A stretch of DNA of 64,000 bases from NCBI GenBank assembly GCA_963789955.1, contig CAWBMV010000015.1, forward strand, positions 96,001-160,000. The letters run 5' to 3'. The notes under the pieces are model-generated. The model was not told the DNA's origin, searched no databases, and worked only from the letters and a program-made list of their open reading frames with translations. Positions 31,363-43,200 of the stretch are shown one piece after another. Origin of the DNA: an uncultured Candidatus Rokubacteria bacterium. GTDB taxonomy: Bacteria > Methylomirabilota > Methylomirabilia > Rokubacteriales > CSP1-6. How positions within the stretch are numbered: position 1 is the stretch's first letter; each line of letters begins with the position of its first letter. The translations under genes and the position numbers were made by a program.

Positions 31363-31731
31363 ATGACTCAGGCAACCACGACGAAGCTGCGGCCGGTTCC
31401 GAACCGCGCTCCGGCCAGCTCGATGGCTCAGGCACCGACGACGAAACTGCGCCCGCTCCACGACCGCGTGCTGGTCAGGCGCCTCGAGGAGCAGGACGAA
31501 AAGCACGGCAGCATCATCATTCCCGACACCGCGAAGGAGAAGCCGCAAGAGGGCAAAGTGGTTGCGGTCGGGACCGGCAGAGTGACCGAGGACGGCAAGA
31601 AGCTGCCCCTGGCCCTGAAGGAGGGCGATCGGATCCTCTTCGGCAAGTACTCCGGCAGCGAGGTCAAGCTCGACGGTCAGGAGTATCTGATCATGAAGGA
31701 GGAGGACGTCCTGGGCGTCGTCGGCTCGTGA
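31363..31731 (+). CDS. groES: Co-chaperonin GroES with a duplicated N-terminus
   Basis: [24 protein letters not shown] and [23 protein letters not shown] before ATG 31363. Confidence 0.95.
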   Translation: MTQATTTKLRPVPNRAPASSMAQAPTTKLRPLHDRVLVRRLEEQDEKHGSIIIPDTAKEKPQEGKVVAVGTGRVTEDGKKLPLALKEGDRILFGKYSGSEVKLDGQEYLIMKEEDVLGVVGS

Positions 31732-31788
31732 ACGGGCGGCTGTCCGCCGCCGTCAACCATTCGCGCACACTCGAGAGGAAGGGTCGTC

Positions 31789-33408
<1,620 letters not shown>

Positions 33409-33585
33409 GCCTCGCCACGCGGATCAGGCAACGGCCCGCCGGCGGGCCTAGCCGGTAGGGCGACGGCGGCCGCGGCGACATTCGAAAGCCTCGTGCAATA
33501 GGCGCATGGGAAGCATCGGCCATCGCTGGCGGGGTTTTCGAATCGTCGCGGCAGCACCGGGGAGACCAGCCGCGGCGCCCAGGAG

Positions 33586-33867
33586 GTGCTCGTGAGTCTT
33601 GTGCAGATGTCCGACCCGAAGCGGCACGCGTCGCTGTCTGACGGCAGCTCTCAGATGCGGGCCATTCGCACGATGATCGAAAACATCGCGGACACGGATG
33701 CGACGGTTCTGATCCGTGGCGAAAGCGGAGGCGGCTTCATCGTCGAAAGCGACAGTGTCCTGGACGGGAGCCTCGAGGGCCAGCTCGACCGGATGCGCCG
33801 CCGTCTCACGAGTGACCAGGGTGAAGCGGCCGCGACACGCGCAACGCCCAAGCTGAAGGTTCAATAG
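33586..33867 (+). pseudogene. Chimeric remnant: sigma54-activator AAA+ N-terminus joined to an FliH/SctL-like C-terminus
   Basis: SSQMRAIRTMIENIADTDATVLIRGESG then GGFIVESDSVLDGSLEGQLDRMRRRL. Confidence 0.5.
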
Positions 33868-33876
33868 GCGGCCCCG

Positions 33877-36109
33877 ATGAGCCCCGATATGGCCGCCGTC
33901 GCGCGTGTCGCCCGTCGCGTACGGTCCGCATGCTCGCGTCGTGCGGTGTACCTCGCCGTGCCCCTCGTGATGCTGCTACCGCTCGTGCTCGCGACGTGGG
34001 GACTCGTCCATCATATCTACTTCGACCGGAGCGGCGTTCCGGATCTCGAGCCCTTCATTCGCTTCAATCTCTCGAAGACCGGCAAGGTCTACGACGCACA
34101 GGGCGCGGTGCTGATCGAGCTGGCCCGGGAGTACCGCCAGGTCGTTTCGTACGAGGACGTGCCGCCGATCCTCCGCCAGGCGATCCTGGCGGCCGAGGAC
34201 AAGAATTTCTTCACCCACCGGGGCGTGGACTATCGAGCCCTACCGCGTGTGCTCTACAAGACGGCGCGAAGCTCCGTAGGGCGCGTGGTGGGACGGCAAG
34301 GGATTCCGGCTCCGTCTGCCCCAAGGTGGATCGACGCTCACCCAGCAGCTTGTCCGCGGCTACTTCCTGCGGGACCGATGGAGCCGCGAGAACGACGTGA
34401 CGCTCTTCCGCGACAACCTGACCTGGCGGCTCCTGTCCGTGGTCGTGGGGGTGCCGACCACCAACAAACTCTTCCGGAAGCTTGAGGAAGTGCGGCTGGC
34501 GCTCTGGCTCGAGGAGGCGATGGCCCGCCGCTTCGGATCGCGAGAGCGGGCGAAACGCGAGATCTTCGCCCGGTCCGCGAGCTTCAACTATCTGGGTAAC
34601 GGTCGGTACGGCTTCGCCGCAGGCTCCGAGTACTATTTCGCCAAACCGTTGTCGGGCTACACTATGGAGGACGCCGGGAAGGCCGCGTTGTTGGCCGGGA
34701 TCACCAAGGCGCCGCGGGACTATCTTCCGGTGCCCGGTGACACGCGGGCCCTGCGTCGCCGCAACGAGATCCTGGCCCTGATGGCGCGCAACGGCTACAT
34801 TCCCGTGAACCTTGCGACACGCTTGCAGGCCGAGCCGGTGCTCATCGCAACGGCGACGAGCTCGGTCAAGACGCAAGCCCCCGCCGCGATCGACTCGGTC
34901 TTCGACGAGCTAAGACAGCATGGTGGGGGCCGCTTCGGGGTCGAGGATCTCCTCCAAGGGCGGATCTCGGTCCACGCCACGGTGGATCAGCGGATGCAGA
35001 CCATCGTGAACGAAGCGCTCGAGACCGGGCTCGCCCTCTACGAGCATCGGCATCCTGACGCCAAGGGACTGATCCAGGGCTCGGTGGTCGTGCTGCGCAA
35101 CGCGGACGCGGCGATCCTGGCCGAGGCGGGCGGTCGCCATTTCTACAAAAATCGTTCTGCGCGCTACTCCGACCTTAACCGCGTGACGGGCTCGCTGCGG
35201 CAGGCGGGCTCGGCGTGGAAGCCGATGGTGTACCTGGCCGCGTTCCGCGAGGGGCTGAAGCTCGACACCTCGGTGCCCGACGAACCCATCGCGGTGGCCA
35301 TGGGGACTGATCGCCCCGCGAAGTGGATCGCCAACTACGACCACGAGTTCAAAGGACCGATCCCGATGCGTCAGGCGCTGGCCGAGTCCCGCAACGCGGT
35401 GGCCGTCTGGCTCACCCGTGAGATCGGCCTGGACCGAGTGATCGGGACATCCCGCGAGCTGGGGATCCGCACCCCACTGCAGCCCTACATCACGACGGCC
35501 CTGGGAGCGTCAGAAGTGCGGCTGCTCGAGCTGGCCGGTGCCTATCGCGCGATCGCTTCGGGAATCCTGGCGGAGCCGTACATCGTGGATCGTGTGACCG
35601 GAGCCTTGGGTGAGGTGCTCTACGAAGCGGCCCGGACCGCCCTCGAGTTCAACTCCAGCCACCTGAATCTGATCCAGGAGGGATTACGTGGGGTGGTCCG
35701 CATTCCCGAAGGCACCGCCCATTCCCTGTATGGCCCAGACTTTCCGATCCCGGTAATGGGAAAGACCGGAACGACGAGCGACTTTCGCGACGCGCTCTTC
35801 GTGGGGTCCACCTATGGGCCGCGCGGTGTCACGGTGGCGGTCCGGATCGGCTTCGACGACAACCGGACGCTGGGCGACAAGGAGACCGGGGGCCGCGCCG
35901 CGTTGCCGATTTTTCGCGAGATCATGCTCATGACCTACCAGCAGGAGCTGGTCGGCTCTGCGCCGGCGTTCCCTCGCGAGATCGAGGATGGGATCGACCG
36001 GTACCTGCAACGGCGACCCCAGGAGCGGGATCTCGGCGATCCGCCGCTCGAAGATCTCAACCGCAACCTCGCCGCCCGGCCGCTCCACCAGGAAGAGCAG
36101 TCTCGATGA
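33877..36109 (+). CDS. Class A penicillin-binding protein (transglycosylase/transpeptidase); frameshifts near 34.3 kb
   Basis: AAEDKNFFTHRGVD, GGSTLTQQL (shifted frame), RKLEE, SxxK (GSAWK), SRN and GKTGT. Confidence 0.9.
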
Positions 36110-37255
36110 CACCTTCGGGGCGAAGCCGCGGCGCGGGGGGCTCGGAAGGAGCGCTCAAGTTCGGGACGGACCGCGCCTTTCAGCTCGAGCTCCGGCGGCG
36201 AGTCGACGAGTATTTCCGGACCACCGGCCGGCGGCAACGCGACTGCTGGCAGATGTACCTGAAGACGGCGATCGTCATCGGCCTCTCTGGCGGTCTCCTA
36301 CTTGCTGCTCGTGTTCGCGGCCCAGGCGTGGTGGCAGAGCGTGCCGCTCGCCGTCCTGCTCGGGTTCACCGCGGCCGGTATCGGATTCAACATTCAACAC
36401 GACGGCGGACACCACGCGTATTCCGACCATCGCTGGATCAACAAGCTGATGGCGATGACGCTCGACTTCATCGGCGGCAGTTCGTATCTGTGGCACTGGA
36501 AGCACGACGTCATCCATCACACGTATGTCAACGTCACCGGCCACGACAGCGACCTCAACCTCGGCATCTTCGGCCGGGTCACGCCCCATCAGCGCCGGCT
36601 CGCGTTTCACCGATGGCAATATCTCTACCTCTGGCCGCTCTACGGCTTTCTGGCGATCAGGTGGCAGCTCATCGACGATTTCCGAAGGCTGATCGCGGGC
36701 CGAATCGGCAGCCACCGAATCCGCCGTCCCACCGGGGGAGATCTGATCGTCCTGGTGGCCGGTAAGGCCATCTTTTTCACCTGGGCATTCGGGATCCCGT
36801 TGCTTTTCCATTCCGCGAATGCCGTCCTTGTCCATTACGGGATCGCCGCGCTGGTGCTTGGCACCACCCTCGCCGCGGTGTTCCAGGTGGCCCACTGCGT
36901 GGAAGAGGCGGCGTTCCCGGCGACCTCCGCGGGCACGCGGCGTATCGAGCGGGCCTGGGCCGTCCATCAGGCAGAGACGGCGGTGGACTTCGCCCGGTCG
37001 AGCCGGATCATCGCGTGGCTCCTCGGCGGCTTGAACTTCCAGATCGAACATCACCTGTTCCCGAGGATCAGCCACGTCAACTACCCGGCAATCTCGAAGC
37101 TGGTGGAACAGACGTGTCGAGACTTTGGCGTTACGTACACCGAGCACAGATCATTCCGTGAAGGTGTGACCGCCCACTTCCGCTGGCTGCGACGCATGGG
37201 GATGCCGAGCACGAATGACCGGCGGCGCCCGCCGGAATCCGCACCCTCCTTCTAA
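36106..37255 (+). CDS. Membrane fatty acid (acyl-CoA) desaturase; frameshift near 36290
   Basis: His boxes QHDGGH, HDVIHH and QIEHHLFP; ATGA overlap with the PBP gene. Confidence 0.92.
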
Positions 37256-37273
37256 ACCCTGTACAAAAACCGC

Positions 37274-40200
37274 ATGCGCATGGCCCGGCCGTCTCCCGAA
37301 GACCCGATCCGCGCCGAGCTCTTCGGCATCGAACGCCTCGAGCAACACGCGGAGAGCCTGGCGGCTGCCCAGGCCGTCATGAAGCGGTCGGGCCGCGGGC
37401 GGCGTCTCCTGCAGCGGGTCGAGCACAACGGTCGTGTGCTTCGTGAATCGTATCGAGTGATCGCGAACGCCATCCGTGAGGAGCGTGCGATCACGCCGGC
37501 GGCGGAATGGCTCGTCGACAACTTCCACGTCGTGGACGAGCAGCTGCGCGAGATCCGCGACGACCTGCCGCCCGGCTTCTATCGAGAGCTGCCCAAGCTG
37601 GTCGAGGGACCGCTCGCCGGCTATCCGCGCGTGTACGGTATCGCGTGGGCGTTCGTGGCGCATACCGATAGCCGGCTCGATCCCGAATCGCTCCGGCGCT
37701 TCGTGCGGGCCTACCAGCGTGTGCAGCCGCTGACGATCGGTGAGCTGTGGGCGGTGGCGATCACGCTGCGCGTCGTGCTCGTCGAGAATCTCCGGCGCCT
37801 GGCGGAGAGCATCGTCCGCGGACGCGCGGCGCGCCAGGAGGCCGACGTCCTGGCCGACGAGCTGCTCGGGGTCGGTGACGACGGTGCCGTCGAGCCGACG
37901 GCGAGAGGCCTCGCGCGATTCGAGAGCGGCCGCCTGGTCACCGCCTTCGCGGTGCAGCTCGTCCAGCGGCTACGGGAGCAGGATCGCGCCGTGACTCCGG
38001 CCCTGCGGTGGCTCGATCAGCGGCTGAAGGCGCAGGGGACGACCTCCGACGACATCGTGCGCGTCGAGCACCAGCGGCAGGCCGCGATGAACGTGACCGT
38101 CCGGAACGTGATCATGAGCATGAGCTTGATGTCCGCGCTCGACTGGACGGAGTTCTTCGAGAGCGTCAGCCTCGTCGACGAGGTGCTGCACGCAGGCCCG
38201 AACTACGCCGCGATGGATTTCGCGACCCGCGATGCCTACCGGCACGCCGTCGAGGAGCTCGGCGCGGGGCTCCGGCCGGCCCGAGCTGGAGGTCGCGCGC
38301 GAGGCCGTGGCTCGCGCGCAACCGCGTCGGCCGGGACCGGCGACGCTCGGCAGAGCGATCCCGGCTTCTATCTCATCGGCAACGGGCGCCCGGCTTTCGA
38401 GCGGACGCTCGGCTATCGAGCGCCGCCCTTGCGCCGGCTGCTCCGGCTCTACGTCGCCGCGGCGACGCCCGGATATCTTGGAACGATCGCCCTCCTCAGT
38501 GGCTTCATGCTGGCCGTGCCCGTCCTCGCGGCCGGCGCATCCGGCGTCGGACCCGTGGGCCTGCTCGTGCTCGCACTGCTGGCCATCGTCCCGGCCTCGG
38601 ACCTGGCGATCGCTTTGCTGAACCGAAGCGTCACCGCGCTGGTCACGCCGGCGGCGCTGCCGCGCCTCGCGTTGCGCGACGGGGTGCCACCGCATCTGCG
38701 AACCATGGTCGTCGTGCCGATGCTCTTGACGGACAGCGCGGAAGTCACCGAGCAAATCGAGCGACTCGAAGTGCACTACCTGGCGAATCCGAGCGGCGAT
38801 CTTCGCTTTGCCATCCTCTCCGACTGGCTGGACGCGCCCGCGGAGAGCATCCCGGGTGATGACGAGACTCTGGGGGCCGCGCGCGAGGGGATCGCCCGCC
38901 TGAACCGCCGCCACGGTGCCGCGCCGGATGGAGGGGAGCGATTCCTGCTCTTTCACCGCCGGCGGCTCTGGAACGAGAGCGAGCGGGCGTGGATGGGGTG
39001 GGAGCGCAAGCGGGGCAAGCTCCACGAGCTGAATCGCCTCCTGCGAGGGGCATCGGACACGAGCTTCGTGGGCACGGGCGGCGTCACGCCGTCCGGCATC
39101 CGCTACGTCATCACGCTCGACGCCGATACGCGGCTCCCCAGAGGGGTGGTCGATCGGCTGGTCGGTACGATGGCGCATTCGCTCAATCGCCCACGGTTCG
39201 ATATCGGAAGGCAACGCGTCGTCGAGGGCTACGCGGTGCTTCAACCCCGAGTGACACCGCCGCTGCCCGGACGTGAGGGCTCGTTCTTCCAGCGTCTTTC
39301 GTCGGGGCCGGCGGGCATCGACCCGTACGCATCGGCGGTGTCCGACGTCTACCAGGACCTCTGGGAGGAAGGCTCGTACACCGGCAAGGGCATCTACGAC
39401 CTGGACGCGTTCGAGGCCGCGCTGGCCGGACGGGTGCCGGACAATGCGCTGCTGAGTCACGATCTCTTCGAGGGGGTGTTCGCGCGCGCCGGTCTCGTGA
39501 CCGACGTCGAGCTGTTCGAGAGCGCGCCATCGCACTATGGTGTCGCGGCGGCCCGGCAGCACCGATGGGCGCGCGGCGATTGGCAGCTGCTTCCGTGGAT
39601 TCTCGGACGCCGGATGCCGCTGGTCGGACGCTGGAAGATGCTCGACAACCTCCGCCGCACCGTGTCGGCGCCGGCCACGTTCCTGACGCTCGTGGTCGCG
39701 TGGTTGATGCCGGGGACGTCGCCCGCGATCTGGAGCGCCTTCATCCTGGCGACCATCGCCGTGCCCACGCTCTTGCCGGTGCTGAGCGGTTTGCTCCCCC
39801 GCGGTCGCGGCATTTCGAAGCGCAGCTACGTTCGCGCGGTTGGCCGGGATCTGTTCCTGGCCGGCTCACAGTTCGGGCTCACGATCACGATGCTGACGCA
39901 CCAGGCCTGGCTGATGAGCGACGCGATCGTGCGGACGCTCGCCCGCGTGTACGTCACGCGCCGCCACCTGCTGGAATGGGTAACCGCGGCGCAGGCGAAA
40001 GCCGGGCTCCGTCTGAATCTGCGTGGCTTCTGCCGTCGAATGGGCGGAGGGGTCGCGCTCGCCGCCGCCGCGGCGGTGGCCGTCGCGTGGTGGCGACCGG
40101 AGGCCTGGCCCGCCGCGCTGCTCTTTCTCGTGCTGTGGACCGTATCGCCGGCGGTCGCGCGCTGGATCAGCGTGCCGCGGAGCACCGAGCCCACCCAGCC

Positions 40201-43200
40201 GCTCTCGGCGGCGGACGCGCGAGCTCTCCGCCTGATCGCGCGGCGGACGTGGCGCTTCTTCTCGACGTTCGTCGGTCCGGAAGACCACGCACTACCGCCC
40301 GACAACTTCCAGGAGACGCCGAACCCGGTGGTCGCGCATCGCACGTCGCCCACGAATATCGGGCTCTATCTGCTGTCGACCGTCGCCGCGCGCGATTTCG
40401 GCTGGGTCGGTACGCTCGACGTCGTCGAGCGTCTCGAGGCCACGCTCGAGACGCTGCGCGCCCTCGAGCGCTTCCGCGGCCACCTCTACAACTGGTATGA
40501 CACGAAGCACTGCTACGCGCTCGAGCCGAAGTACGTCTCGTCGGTCGACAGTGGCAATCTCGCCGGCCATCTCATCGTGCTCGCGCACGCCTGCGAGGAG
40601 ATGGTCGAGCGCCCGCGCCTCGATCGGGCGGCGCTCGCCGGGATCGAGGACACCGCGCTGCTCGTCCACCAGGCGGCCGTCGCGGCGGCCGGCGACGCGC
40701 GCCCGAGCCCGGCCGGCCACGGGCCCTTGGCGGACGCGCTCGACGCCGTCGCGGACGCGGTCCGGGAGCCTCCACGCGACTCGGCCGGGTGGGTCGCACG
40801 ACTTGCGACCTTGAAGGCCCGCGCTCAGGCGGTGCTGAACGCCGCGCGAATGCTGGTCGGCGAGGACCCCGGGAACGCGCACGCGGACGTTCTCGTCTGG
40901 GCGGAGGCGCTCTGCGCCACGGTTGAAAGCCACACGCGCGACCTCGACCTGCCCGAGACGCTGGTTCGTCGTCTCGCGATTCTCGCTCGGGATGCTCGGG
41001 CGATGGTCGGCGCCATGGATTTCGGCTTCCTCTTCGATCCGATGCGGCAGCTGTTCGCGATCGGCTACCGCGTGGCGGACGGAAGCCTCGACTCGGGTCG
41101 GTACGATCTCCTCGCATCGGAGGCCCGGCTCGCAAGCTTCGTCGCGATCGCCAAGGGCGACGTCCCCGTCTCGCACTGGTTCCGGCTCGGCCGGTCGCTG
41201 ACACCGGTGGAGCTGGACTCGGTGCTCGTCTCCTGGTCGGGATCGATGTTCGAATACCTGATGCCGACGCTCGTCATGCCCGCGCCGGCGGGAAGCCTGC
41301 TCGAGCAGACATCCCGGCTCGTGGTGGGACGGCAGATCAGCTATGGCGCCGAGCGCGGCGTGCCGTGGGGTGTGTCGGAGTCGGGCTACAACGCGCGCGA
41401 TCTGGAAATGACCTACCAGTATTCGAGCTTCGGTGTGCCGGGAATAGGATTGCGACGCGGACTCAGCGAGGACGTCGTCATCGCGCCCTACGCGACGGGC
41501 CTGGCCGCGATGGTCGATCCGGCCGCGGCGGTCCAGAATTTCCGGCGCCTTGCGGCCGCCGGGGCCAGCGGCGCCTACGGCTTCTACGAAGCGCTCGATT
41601 ACACCCCACCCAGGCTCCCCGATGGCGCCACGGTCGCCGTGGTTCGCGCGTACATGGCGCACCACCAGGGTATGGTGGTCGTCGCGATCGCGAACGTCGT
41701 CCACGACGGCGCGATGCGCACGCGCTTCCGTGCCGAGCCATTCGTCCTGGCCACCGAGCTCCTGCTTCAAGAACGGACGCCACGGGACGTGGCGGTTGCG
41801 CGGCCCCGCGCGGACGAGGTCCAGGCCGTCGGCGACGTGCGCGAGTTCGTTCCGCCGGTCGTGAGGCACTTCGACTCGCCGCATGGCTCGCTGCCGCGCA
41901 CCCAGCTACTCTCGAATGGACGGTATGCGGTGATGCTCACGACGGCGGGCTCCGGATACAGCCGCTGGCGTGATCTTGCCGTCACGCGATGGCGGGAGGA
42001 TGTCACGCGCGACGGGTGGGGCACGTACATGTTCCTTCGCGACGTGGACAGCGGGGAAAGCTGGTCGGCCGGCTACCAGCCGCGTGGCGGCACGCCGGAC
42101 AGCTACGAGGTCACGTTCTCCGAGGATCGGGCCGAATTCGTCCGGCGCGACGGCGCGATCGGGACCACGCTCCAGGTGATCGTATCGCCGGAGGACGACG
42201 CGGAGGTGCGTCGCGTCTCGCTCACGAATCTCGGGACAAAGAGCCGGGAGATCGAGGTGACGTCGTACGCCGAGGTCGTTCTGGCGCCGCCGGCGACCGA
42301 CGCCGCCCACCCGGCGTTTTCCAACCTGAGTGTCGAGACCGAATGCGTTCCCGAGCTCGAGACGCTGCTGGCGAGACGCCGGCCGCGGTCACGCGGCGAG
42401 TCTCCGCCGTGGCTGGCGCATGTGGCGGTCGTGGAAGGCGCCGCGGTCGGCGAGCTGCAATGGGAGACGGACCGTGCGCGGTTCCTCGGCCGCGGGCGCG
42501 GGATCCGGACGCCCGCGGCGGTGATCGACGGCCGGCCACTGTCCAACACGACCGGCGCGGTGCTCGATCCGATCGTGAGCCTGCGCCGCCGGGTGCGGCT
42601 GTCACCGGGCGATACCGTCCGCATCATCTTCTCGACGCTCGTCGCGCCGTCGCGCGCGGAGGCCCTCGGCCTCGCCGAGAAGTACCACGATCCGGCGACG
42701 TTCGACCGCGCCGCGACCTTGGCCTGGACGCACGCGCAGGTGCAACAGCACCACCTCGGCATCGCCCCGGACGAGGCGCATCTTTTCCAAAGCCTCGCCA
42801 GCCGCATTCTCTACTCGGATCGTAGCTTGAGATCTCCCGCGGAGATCCTTGCGCGTCAGACGGAGGGCCCCGCTGCGTTGTGGGCGCACCGGATATCCGG
42901 CGACCTCCCGATCGTGCTCGTGGGCGTCGACGAGCCCGACGACGTGGGCATCGTGCGGCAGCTGCTCCGGGCGCACGAGTATTGGCGGATGAAGCGGCTC
43001 GCGGTCGACCTCGTCATTCTCAACGAGCATGCGCCGTCCTACGTTCAGGATCTCCAGGAGCTGCTGGAGACGCTTGTCCGCACGAGCCAGTCGGCGGGGC
43101 CCCACGATGGCCACGAGCCACACGGGAACGTGTACATCTTGCGATCGGACCGCCTCACGGCGTCGCAACGCGACGTGCTCCTGTCCGTCGCGCGCGCGGT

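Noticed and set aside
33433..33448. 16-bp GC palindrome GGCCCGCCGGCGGGCC after groEL
   Set aside because: Probably an ordinary terminator-like hairpin; no U-tract and nothing unusual for this GC content.
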